Source: Microbacteriaceae bacterium
GTDB taxonomy: Bacteria > Actinomycetota > Actinomycetes > Actinomycetales > Microbacteriaceae
Length of the DNA: 39,876 bases
Reading direction: 5' to 3'
Assembly (NCBI GenBank): GCA_041303845.1
Contig: JBFYOK010000128.1
Coordinates: forward strand, 1 to 39,876
In this document: one piece after another, positions 24,932-32,558 of the stretch
Layout: the number at the start of each line of letters is the position of its first letter
Position numbering within the stretch: position 1 is the stretch's first letter
Program-made: the position numbers and the translations under genes
The notes under the pieces: generated by a model
Databases searched by the model: none
What the model was told of the DNA's origin: nothing
Seen by the model: the letters and a program-made list of their open reading frames with translations, nothing else

Positions 24932-25693
24932 TTAGAGAACGCCTCGCACGCCGGCGATCGCCAGAGTGATCAGCGGAGCGACGATGAGCGCTGGAAGCAG
25001 ATTGCCGACGTTGACCTGGCGGATATTCGTCACGCGCAGCCCGATGCCGAGCATGAGGATTCCACCGGTCGCGGTGATGCTCGCGATGACAGCGCCCGAC
25101 ATGAAGGTCCCGAGTCCGACCGCGAGCAGGGTGAGCAAGCCCTGCCAGATACCAACCGGCAAAGCCGAAGCCGCAACGCCCCAGCCAAGCGCGGCAGCAA
25201 ACGCGATTGCGCTCACGCCGTCGAGCGACGCCTTTAGGGCGAGTGTCTCGATGCCGTTACCGGTCCCATCGCTCAACGCCCCCAAAATGGCCATGGGGCC
25301 GACGCAATAAATCAGCGAGGCATCAACGAAACCTTCGACAAAACGGCCTTCCTTGGCCGCAACTCCTGACGTGCGTTTGCGTTTGGCTGCACCCTGGAGC
25401 CACGTGCCGAACTGTTCGAGTCGGAGTTCGATATTCAACAGCGATCCGAGCACGCCACCGATAACGAGAGCGGCAACGACAACCAATAGCCCGACGCCTG
25501 AGCCCACTGCTTCGACAAAGTTGACATCGGTCAGGGACATGATGTTGAACCCGCCGATGACGAGCACGACGAGACCGAGAGAATCGGTCACAACCCGACT
25601 CGTGCGTTCGGGTAACCGGTTGCCGACAAGCACGCCGATTGCTCCGCCAACCACGATTGCGACGACGTTGATGATGGTGCCGAGTCCGATCAT
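24932..25693 (-). CDS. DUF554 (YqgA/YdfK-like) membrane protein
   Basis: MIGLGTIINVVAIVVGGAIGVLVGNRLPER matches the YqgA-type N-terminus. The start at ATG 25693 forms an ATGA overlap with the stop of the upstream 155-aa gene. The ORF track extends it to 25714. Confidence 0.8.
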   Translation of the reverse strand: MIGLGTIINVVAIVVGGAIGVLVGNRLPERTSRVVTDSLGLVVLVIGGFNIMSLTDVNFVEAVGSGVGLLVVVAALVIGGVLGSLLNIELRLEQFGTWLQGAAKRKRTSGVAAKEGRFVEGFVDASLIYCVGPMAILGALSDGTGNGIETLALKASLDGVSAIAFAAALGWGVAASALPVGIWQGLLTLLAVGLGTFMSGAVIASITATGGILMLGIGLRVTNIRQVNVGNLLPALIVAPLITLAIAGVRGVL

Positions 25694-26157
25694 GATGCTC
25701 CCGTGAAGTCCCACACGAAGAATGAGTATTGACCACGCTCGAGCACCAACGTTGGCGGAGTCGCGAAGTCGGAGGCCGCCGGAAAGTTGTCGGCTACACG
25801 CATGATGGGCAGACGCTGAGTGAACGACCGCGCGATGAATCGCGAGCTGGTCTGGCCCGCCATCGCGACAAGGGTCTGCGCCAGGTCAGCCGTGAAATTG
25901 AGCACGCCATCGCCGAAGATGACGTCGTAACGCAGGCTGTTCGTGGTCCAATCCTGCGTGATCACGCGCGGGTCATCCACGAAGGGTTCGGTGTCCATCG
26001 CCGCGGTGCACAGCGGCATGAGTGCCGGCGTGTTTCCCAGAAGCAAAACGGACTTTGCCGTGCCAATGAGTTCGCGATACGTCTCAATGTCGTCACCATT
26101 CGGTGCGAGCGGGTGCGGATGCTCACGACTCCAATAGTCGCGTCCAACCTCAGTCAT
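25690..26157 (-). CDS. hypothetical protein (155 aa), faintly methyltransferase-fold-like
   Basis: Translationally coupled to the DUF554 gene. The segments VLLLGNTPALMP and YDVIFGDGVLNF resemble class I methyltransferase strands, but no GxGxG SAM motif is visible. Confidence 0.55.
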   Translation of the reverse strand: MTEVGRDYWSREHPHPLAPNGDDIETYRELIGTAKSVLLLGNTPALMPLCTAAMDTEPFVDDPRVITQDWTTNSLRYDVIFGDGVLNFTADLAQTLVAMAGQTSSRFIARSFTQRLPIMRVADNFPAASDFATPPTLVLERGQYSFFVWDFTGAS

Positions 26158-26188
26158 GTGTGCCGCCCGTCCGCGTAGTCTGCATTAC

Positions 26189-27664
26189 ATGATGCCACCG
26201 GATGAGCGCGCGTTCGTGCATCCGTTCTCGTATCTTCACGATGCGTTTGTAGAGAATCCCAGCGGTCTCGCCATCAGCACGATAGGCACCGACCTCACGT
26301 ACGGGGAGGTCTACGACACCGCTCTTCGAATTGCGCGCGTGTTGCGCGACCATGGCGTTCGTCCGGGACACGTCGTGGGCGTCGCCGCGCAACCCATCAT
26401 CGACCTGGTTATTGCCGAGGCTCTTTTTCACGAGGCGTGCGTCGGCGCAGAGGTTCCCCCGGGAATGGGCGATCTCGACGAGCACATCTTTGATTGGCTG
26501 CTCGTCGTCGAGATGCGCGACGACTTCGAGCCGACGCGCCAGATTGTGCTTGACGAAGGCTTTTTCGCTCGAGTGGCACAGGCCCAACCCGCGCTCGAAC
26601 CGCTGCCGTATCCGAGTGCCTATGCCCCCTGCCGGCTCAATTTTTCCAGCGGCACGACGGGCCGCGCCAAGGCAATCCCCGTGTCAATCCGTTGCCTCGA
26701 AGACCGCAGTTTCGATCGCCGCCATCAGTGGATGCTCGACGAGCCCTACATCTGTCTCCTCGGCCTGTCGACCGGCCTCACGTTCATGACCTTCTTCGCT
26801 CAGGTGAAAGCTGCTGAGACCTTCGTCCTCGCGACGACCGGCTCGAATGCCGGCGCGGACGCTCTCGCCCAAATCACCCGATTCGGCGGTCGATGCATCA
26901 TGGGTTCGCCACACCAACTGGGGGTGCTCTTGGCGGCCGCGCAGACGTCAACGGCGAACCTTGAGTCGGTAACGACAATCATGTCGGCCGGCAGCGTCAT
27001 GCCTGACTTCATTGTCGAACAGCTGCTCCGTCGCTTCACAAACGCCCGATTCGTTTCCACCTATGCCAGCTCGGAAGCTGGTTCGGTTGCGATTCGCGAA
27101 GGAATTGGCTCAGCTGACGGTCTCGCGGGCACTCTGCTCGATGACGTCGACATCATCATCGTGGACGAATCGGGCAACGCCGTATCGCCCGGCGAGGTTG
27201 GTCACATCGGCATCAAGCGGGCCCACCAACCTCAGGAGTACCTCAACGATCCGATCACCACGGCACGCACCTTTCGCGACGGATACTTTTTCCCTGGCGA
27301 TACGGGTTACCTGCATGGCCGGGACCTTTATCTGTCGGGACGTTCGAGTGAAATCATCAACGCAGCTGGCGTAAAGGTTGACCCTGCTCGCGTCGAGTCC
27401 GTCGTGTTCGGTTTCGAGGGCGTCACCGATGCTGCGGTTTTTCCCTTTGAATCCGACCAAGGTCTGACCAAGATTGCGTTGGTTTTTGTTGCGGATGCCG
27501 AACTCGACGTCACCGCCCTACTCGCCCACCTTCGCGACCGCTTGGGGGAGTCCGCACCGAGTCATGTGGCCCGCGTGCCCCGCATTGAGCGAAACCACAT
27601 GGGCAAGGTCAATCGTGACGACCTCGCGCGGCTCTTCACCGGGCGCGTGACACTCGGAATCTGA
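26189..27664 (+). CDS. adenylate-forming enzyme (ANL superfamily; acyl/aryl-CoA ligase-like)
   Basis: Core motifs FSSGTTGRAK, YASSEAG, YFFPGDTGY, GRSSEIINAAGVKV and NHMGKVNRDDL. I chose ATG 26189 (MMPPDE...) because GTG 26156 would overlap the divergent gene's start codon. Confidence 0.85.
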   Translation: MMPPDERAFVHPFSYLHDAFVENPSGLAISTIGTDLTYGEVYDTALRIARVLRDHGVRPGHVVGVAAQPIIDLVIAEALFHEACVGAEVPPGMGDLDEHIFDWLLVVEMRDDFEPTRQIVLDEGFFARVAQAQPALEPLPYPSAYAPCRLNFSSGTTGRAKAIPVSIRCLEDRSFDRRHQWMLDEPYICLLGLSTGLTFMTFFAQVKAAETFVLATTGSNAGADALAQITRFGGRCIMGSPHQLGVLLAAAQTSTANLESVTTIMSAGSVMPDFIVEQLLRRFTNARFVSTYASSEAGSVAIREGIGSADGLAGTLLDDVDIIIVDESGNAVSPGEVGHIGIKRAHQPQEYLNDPITTARTFRDGYFFPGDTGYLHGRDLYLSGRSSEIINAAGVKVDPARVESVVFGFEGVTDAAVFPFESDQGLTKIALVFVADAELDVTALLAHLRDRLGESAPSHVARVPRIERNHMGKVNRDDLARLFTGRVTLGI

Positions 27665-27690
27665 TGGCTGAAGAACTGATGCGGGCATTA

Positions 27691-27702
27691 CTAGCGCGCT
27701 AG
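27691..27702. promoter_or_regulatory. perfect 12-bp palindrome CTAGCGCGCTAG just upstream of the LPATG-protein gene
   Basis: Self-complementary dodecamer ending 9 nt before ATG 27712. Confidence 0.25.
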
Positions 27703-27711
27703 GCTACCGAC

Positions 27712-28581
27712 ATGGAAAACACATCTTTTTTGCGCCGTAACACCGCAGCTCTCGCGGGTGTCGGCCTGATCGCCTCCCCCTTCATCGCTCTGTCGACGCC
27801 AGCGTTTGCGTCAACGGCCGACTGCACGGCCGTTGACCCGAGCGCGACCGAAGTCTTGCCCGACATTTGCGAAGTTCAATACGTCGAGTATGGTGACTTC
27901 ACCTTCACTGCCCCCAGTGGGGTTGTGAAGCTGACGGCACTGATTGTCGGCGGCGGTGGCGCTCGCCAAACCGATTCTGGCAATTACGCCGGTGGCGGCG
28001 GCGCAGTCGTTTACGTAGCCGACGTCGATGCGTCTGCTCCCCTTGACATTACGGTCGGTATTGGTGCTCAGAGCAGTTCAGATGCTGCCGGCACGGCGTC
28101 CTCGGTCAATGACGATATTGCAGCCGGTGGATTTACCGGCACCACAGACCCCAACCCACGCGGTGGCGCAAGCGGAAACGGAAACGACGGCGGACTCCTA
28201 TTTGAGACCGGTGGCGGCGGCGGTGCTGGCGCCGATGCCTCTGGTGCCACTGGTGGAGTAGGGCTCAAGGCCTCAGCGTTAGCAAACGACACGGCCATGT
28301 GGCCCGCCGTTGATGGCGAACCGTTCTATGGCGCCGGTGGTGACGTAGAACCGGCGGTCGCCGGCTACGGTGAGGCAGGCTGGGGTGCCGACGGTTCAGG
28401 CAGCCGTGACTATGGCATGGACGGGCTCGTGGTAATCCGTTGGACGATGAAGGCAGAACAACTTCCCGCAACCGGTGTCGACGCCGGTGCGTTTGCCACA
28501 TTCGCCGCAGCGTTCATGATTCCGGGTGCAGCGCTCATCGCGTTTGCCACTCGAGGTCGTCGCTCACGCGCGACCCGCTAG
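27712..28581 (+). CDS. secreted glycine-rich, sortase-anchored (LPATG) cell-surface protein
   Basis: 289 aa. Signal peptide ending PAFA-S. Poly-Gly blocks (IVGGGGAR, YAGGGGAVVYV, ETGGGGGAGADASGATGG). Carries the LPATG motif (28462..28476), then a hydrophobic stretch and an RGRRSRATR tail. Confidence 0.8.
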   Translation: MENTSFLRRNTAALAGVGLIASPFIALSTPAFASTADCTAVDPSATEVLPDICEVQYVEYGDFTFTAPSGVVKLTALIVGGGGARQTDSGNYAGGGGAVVYVADVDASAPLDITVGIGAQSSSDAAGTASSVNDDIAAGGFTGTTDPNPRGGASGNGNDGGLLFETGGGGGAGADASGATGGVGLKASALANDTAMWPAVDGEPFYGAGGDVEPAVAGYGEAGWGADGSGSRDYGMDGLVVIRWTMKAEQLPATGVDAGAFATFAAAFMIPGAALIAFATRGRRSRATR

Positions 28582-28593
28582 TTTCAGCAAGTC

Positions 28594-28624
28594 AAAAAGC
28601 CGGGGTTATCCACCCCGGCTTTTT
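28594..28624 (+). terminator. rho-independent terminator (A-tract / stem / T-tract, potentially bidirectional)
   Basis: AAAAA, stem GCCGGGGT (28599..28606), loop TATCC, stem ACCCCGGC (28612..28619), then TTTTT. Confidence 0.8.
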
Positions 28625-28667
28625 GCATGCATCGCGCGCATACCCTCATGACTCGTACACTAAAGGC

Positions 28668-29729
28668 ATGAGCTACGAAACACGCGCCTATGCCGCTTTT
28701 GACACCACGTCCCCCCTGCGCCCCCTTACGATTCTTCGCCGCGACGTCGGCGAGAACGATGTGCGCATTGATGTCGAGTTCGAGGGAATCTGCCACTCGG
28801 ACATCCACACTGTAAACGGTGACTGGGGCCCCCAGCCGTACCCGGTTGTTCCAGGTCACGAGGTGATTGGGCGCGTTGCCGAAGTTGGGGCATCCGTCAA
28901 GAAGTTTGCCGTCGGAGATCTCGTTGGTGTCGGCGTGTTCGTCGACAGCTGTGGCGAATGTGTGGGTTGCAAGGATGGCCGCGAGCAGCACTGCTCAAAT
29001 GGCCCCGTGTGGACCTACGGAACACCCGACCCCGACTTCGAAGGCCAGATGACCCACGGCGGTTACTCGCAGTCCATCGTGGTCACCGAGAAGGCCGTCA
29101 TGCGCGTGCCGGAGAACCTCGATCCCGCCGCCACGGCACCGCTGCTTTGCGCAGGAATCACGACTTACTCCCCGCTCAAGACGTGGGGTGCTGGCCCGGG
29201 CAAGCGCGTTGGCATCGTCGGAATCGGCGGCCTCGGACACCTTGGCGTCAAGTACTCTCACGCACTCGGAGCTGAAACGGTTGGTTTCACAACGAGCCCC
29301 GAGAAGGCGGATATGATTCGCGGACTCGGTGCCGACGAAGTCATCGTCTCAACCGACGAAGATGCGATGGCGAACGCGGCGGAGACCTTCGATCTGATTG
29401 TGTCTACGGTTCCGCGGTCGCACGACCTGAACCCCTACCTCCGTTTGCTCAAGGTAGATGGCACACTCGTGCTCGTCGGAGCAATTGAGCCGCTCACCGA
29501 ACCAATCGACTCGCGCTTGCTCGTCCTGAAGCGTCGTCGTCTCGCTGGATCGAACATCGGTAGCCTCGAAGAACTGCAGGAGATGCTCGACTTCTCCGGA
29601 AAGCACAACATCGTCGCCGACATTGAGCTCATCAACGCCGACTACATCAACGAAGCCTTCACGCGCGTCATCAAGAACGACGTCACGTTCCGCTTCGTCA
29701 TTGACACCGCGACAATCCCAGCGGAGTAA
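28668..29729 (+). CDS. zinc-dependent NAD(P) alcohol dehydrogenase (cinnamyl-alcohol-dehydrogenase / YahK-like)
   Basis: Start at ATG 28668 (MSYETRAYAAFDT...). The ORF-track start 28440 overlaps the previous gene and the terminator. Motifs GICHSDIH, PGHEVIGRV, CGECVGCKDGREQHC and GIVGIGGLGHLG. Confidence 0.85.
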   Translation: MSYETRAYAAFDTTSPLRPLTILRRDVGENDVRIDVEFEGICHSDIHTVNGDWGPQPYPVVPGHEVIGRVAEVGASVKKFAVGDLVGVGVFVDSCGECVGCKDGREQHCSNGPVWTYGTPDPDFEGQMTHGGYSQSIVVTEKAVMRVPENLDPAATAPLLCAGITTYSPLKTWGAGPGKRVGIVGIGGLGHLGVKYSHALGAETVGFTTSPEKADMIRGLGADEVIVSTDEDAMANAAETFDLIVSTVPRSHDLNPYLRLLKVDGTLVLVGAIEPLTEPIDSRLLVLKRRRLAGSNIGSLEELQEMLDFSGKHNIVADIELINADYINEAFTRVIKNDVTFRFVIDTATIPAE

Positions 29730-29736
29730 AGCGCGA

Positions 29737-29787
29737 ACGACCGAAGCGCCCGCCGACACACGCTAAGTGCGCGGGCGCTTCGGTCGT
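29737..29787. terminator. 17-bp perfect stem between the convergent adh and aguA genes
   Basis: ACGACCGAAGCGCCCGC (29737..29753) pairs with GCGGGCGCTTCGGTCGT (29771..29787) around a 17-nt loop. The right arm overlaps the last codons of aguA. Confidence 0.5.
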
Positions 29788-30845
29788 GCAACGGGCTGCT
29801 GTTGCGTGATGCAGTGGATGCCACCTCCGCGAGCAAAGATTGGCCTCGCATCCACGAGCACAATCTCACGGCCGGGATAAACGCGTTTGAGCACCCGCGC
29901 GGCTCGCGCATCGCCCGGGTCGTCGAAAGCGCAGAGAATGACCGCGCCATTGCACACGTAGTGGTTGATGTAGCTGTAGTCGTTCCAACTGTGGTCGTCC
30001 TCGAGCACATCGGGAGCGGGAACCGACACCACCTTTAGCTTTGGCGCGTTTGGCTTCGCTTTGGCGCGTTTGCGTGCGAGGGCCTTCAGCACTCGACGAG
30101 CTTCTTGACTGATCCAATAGTCAGGATGCTCCGCGTTGCGCTGATCGTGAAACAGAACGGTGTTGGCATCGGCAAAGCAGGCGACGATGTCGATGTGCCC
30201 ACGAGTGCCGAACTCTTCATAGTCCCGCGTGAGCCCTCGAGGGAACCACACAATCTCTCTGGATCCCAGGGTTCGGCCGAGTTCACCTTCGACGGTTTCG
30301 CGAGTCCAGCCTGGGTTTCGGTTGGGGTCGAGTTGAACGGTCTCCGTGATGAGCATTGTTGACTTGCCGTCAGTGTGGATGCCACCACCCTCGTTGATCA
30401 TGTCCGAACGGACAACAGGAACGCCTGACTTCTTGGCGACGAACTTTGCAATTGCGGCGTCCTTGTCATATTCCGACCAGGCTTGCGCGCCCCAACCGTT
30501 GAACACCCAGTCGACGGCGGCAATCGATCCGTCTTCCGTTGAACGCACAAACGTCGGACCGATGTCCCGCATCCACGCGTCATTCAATGGGGCGGTCACG
30601 ACATCCACACGGGAGTCGAGCCATTCGCGCGCAATCTTCACATCTGCTGGATCAACCACCATCGTGACGGGCTCAAATTTGATGATTGCGTTTGCGACGC
30701 TCGCCCACGCTGCGCGCGCCTCATCCTGTTCCTCTGCAGTATCGCCGAGGGTGTATCCGCTGGAAGGCCAGGCCATCCAGGTTCGCTCATGCTTCTCCCA
30801 CTCGGCGGGCATGCGCCAAGTTGGTGTGGAGGCTGAGCGAGGCAT
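29763..30845 (-). CDS. aguA: agmatine deiminase (PAD_porph / guanidino-group-modifying enzyme fold)
   Basis: RMPAEWEKHERTWMAWP at the N-terminus and GGGIHCITQQQP at the C-terminus are AguA hallmarks. I chose ATG 30845, one nt after the TAG of the upstream decarboxylase gene. The ORF track extends it to 30869. Confidence 0.85.
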   Translation of the reverse strand: MPRSASTPTWRMPAEWEKHERTWMAWPSSGYTLGDTAEEQDEARAAWASVANAIIKFEPVTMVVDPADVKIAREWLDSRVDVVTAPLNDAWMRDIGPTFVRSTEDGSIAAVDWVFNGWGAQAWSEYDKDAAIAKFVAKKSGVPVVRSDMINEGGGIHTDGKSTMLITETVQLDPNRNPGWTRETVEGELGRTLGSREIVWFPRGLTRDYEEFGTRGHIDIVACFADANTVLFHDQRNAEHPDYWISQEARRVLKALARKRAKAKPNAPKLKVVSVPAPDVLEDDHSWNDYSYINHYVCNGAVILCAFDDPGDARAARVLKRVYPGREIVLVDARPIFARGGGIHCITQQQPVARPKRPRT

Positions 30846-30846
30846 G

Positions 30847-32232
30847 CTACTTAGTTTCCATGGAATCAAGAATCTTTACTAGCGTTTCGAAATCCGTTTG
30901 TGGATTCACGATTGAGAAGCGCGTATTGGGCTCACCTTGATGAGAACTCGGAACGACAAAAGCGATGTCGGCATTGAGTAGGTTCGTCGACCAGCGCGCA
31001 TAGTCAGCTGCTGTCCAGCCATCCCGCGTGAAGACGACATTCGAGAGTTCAGGTTGTCGAACGAGTGCGAAGCCCGGCCTTCTCTCGATTTCGTCTGCTA
31101 TGCGACGGGCGAGCTGAACATTCCCCTCGACGGCCTCGCGGTAGGCACCCGCACCGTGCGTCGCCAGAGAGAACCACAGCGGAAGACCGCGGGGGCGCCG
31201 TGATAGGTGGTAGGCGTAGTCGCTGGGGTTCCAATCCCCAGTCTCCGTCAGCACGTCAAGGTATTCGGCGTGCTGCGTGTGGGCAGCTTTGCCGAGCAAC
31301 GGGTCACGATAGATCAGAGCGCAGGCATCGAACGGAGCAAAGAGCCACTTGTGCGGATCGACGATAAACGAATCGGCCAAATCAATGCCATCGAAGAGCG
31401 GCCGCGACGTTGGAGCCAGCATTCCGGCCAGTCCATATGCTCCATCAACGTGGAACCACGCCCCGTGTGCGTGAGCAACCTCGCCAATCGAGCGAAGGTG
31501 GTCGACGATGCCGAAGTTCGTGGTGCCACCGGTCGCGACGACGGCGAATACGCCATCCCAATCGGTGACGGCCGACTCCACCTCATCACCGTGCATCTTT
31601 CCCGTGGCGGTGATCGGCACGGGGATGATCTCGACGTCCATGACGCGAGCGGCCGCTTTGAGGCTCGAGTGCGCCTCGGCGCTACACGCGAAGGCCCAGC
31701 GGCGAGGCATGGGTTCACCGGCACGTTCGCGTGCGACACGTGCGGTGTGGCGGGCGGCGACCAGGGCGGACAGGTTGCCCAACGTCCCGCCCTGAACGAA
31801 TACTCCGCCTGCGCCCTCGGGCAGCCCTGCCTCGCGAGCGAGCCAGTGAAGAACCTCGTTCTCGGCGTAAACAGCACCCGCGCCTTCTGCCCATGATCCG
31901 CCGTAGATGCTTGATGCGGAAACAACCAGGTCGAAGAGAGTCGCCGCTTCGGTTGGAGCCGCTGGGATGAACGAGAGGAAACTCGGGTTGTCGACCGAAA
32001 TGCACGACGGCGCCAAGATGTCTTCAAAAAGTTTGAGTGCTGGAATTCCGCCGATGCCGTCTTCTGTCACCGTCGGCGGAACGAGAGCGGCCAACTCGGC
32101 GGGGCTCTTCGGAGCGTCCAGTGGGACCGGCTCATAATTCATGCGCCGACGCGCGTAATCAAAGACTTCCTCGCGCAGTTTCAAGGTGTCAACGTCGAGG
32201 GCGTGCATTCGCGCAGAAGGAAGATTTGTCAT
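30847..32232 (-). CDS. group II pyridoxal-phosphate-dependent amino-acid decarboxylase, substrate unknown
   Basis: The PLP-lysine motif IVDPHKWLFAPFD is present (Lys codon 31348..31350), with HVDGAYG upstream of it. The start is ATG 32232 (MTNLPSARM...) or GTG 32265. Confidence 0.8.
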   Translation of the reverse strand: MTNLPSARMHALDVDTLKLREEVFDYARRRMNYEPVPLDAPKSPAELAALVPPTVTEDGIGGIPALKLFEDILAPSCISVDNPSFLSFIPAAPTEAATLFDLVVSASSIYGGSWAEGAGAVYAENEVLHWLAREAGLPEGAGGVFVQGGTLGNLSALVAARHTARVARERAGEPMPRRWAFACSAEAHSSLKAAARVMDVEIIPVPITATGKMHGDEVESAVTDWDGVFAVVATGGTTNFGIVDHLRSIGEVAHAHGAWFHVDGAYGLAGMLAPTSRPLFDGIDLADSFIVDPHKWLFAPFDACALIYRDPLLGKAAHTQHAEYLDVLTETGDWNPSDYAYHLSRRPRGLPLWFSLATHGAGAYREAVEGNVQLARRIADEIERRPGFALVRQPELSNVVFTRDGWTAADYARWSTNLLNADIAFVVPSSHQGEPNTRFSIVNPQTDFETLVKILDSMETK

Positions 32233-32292
32233 GGCGAGAATCGAGCCTAGTCTCACACGCGACACGCCGAAAGTGACACTAGATGTTGTGGA

Positions 32293-32322
32293 ATGACATT
32301 CATGTGATTCCGGTTATATAGT
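32293..32322 (+). promoter_or_regulatory. candidate promoter for the 28-aa peptide ORF
   Basis: ATGACA (32293..32298), a 16-nt spacer, then TATATA (32315..32320; alternatively TATAGT at 32317..32322). Lies in an AT-rich patch. Confidence 0.4.
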
Positions 32323-32394
32323 GAGATTCCACCGCAAACGCGGAAGAGGCCTCAACGCCTCGACAAGATTTGACTGAAGATAAAGGAGGCGACC

Positions 32395-32481
32395 ATGGAG
32401 TTCGAAGGTAATGACACCGTAGGTGGTTACGCCGTGCCCGTCGACCCGATGGACATGCTGCAGTGCGACAGCTGCCAGTAG
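32395..32481 (+). CDS. unannotated small ORF encoding a 28-aa strongly acidic peptide with a C-terminal CxxC
   Basis: Too short for the ORF track. AAAGGAGG (32382..32389) lies 5 nt before ATG 32395. It translates to MEFEGNDTVGGYAVPVDPMDMLQCDSCQ, with 6 acidic and 0 basic residues. An in-frame stop at 32371..32373 excludes a longer N-terminus. Third-position GC is high in the distal two-thirds. An intrinsic terminator follows. Confidence 0.6.
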   Translation: MEFEGNDTVGGYAVPVDPMDMLQCDSCQ

Positions 32482-32513
32482 GCAACAGACCACACTCGTT
32501 CTGACGAGTATTG

Positions 32514-32549
32514 AAAACCCCGACTTTTCTGTCGGGGTTTTCTGCTTTT
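32514..32549 (+). terminator. rho-independent terminator after the peptide ORF, immediately before the kinase gene
   Basis: AAAACCCCGAC (32514..32524), loop TTTTCT, GTCGGGGTTTT (32531..32541), then CTGCTTTT. It is preceded by a smaller hairpin, ACTCGT/ACGAGT (32494..32509). Confidence 0.8.
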
Positions 32550-32558
32550 CGATAGCCT

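Noticed and set aside
28440-28667. 76-codon N-terminal extension of the alcohol dehydrogenase ORF
   Set aside because: It overlaps the 3' end of the LPATG protein gene and reads through a strong intrinsic terminator. Homologous ADHs begin at the MSYETRAY position.
32395-32481. Lasso-peptide precursor reading of the 28-aa ORF (Thr at -2, core GGYAVPVD with Asp8 able to close a ring, reminiscent of the microcin J25 core start GGAGHVPE)
   Set aside because: The would-be leader is only 9 residues and lacks a recognition motif. No lasso cyclase (asparagine-synthetase-like), leader peptidase/RRE or ABC exporter gene lies anywhere nearby. I keep it only as a low-probability idea to test by genome-wide search.
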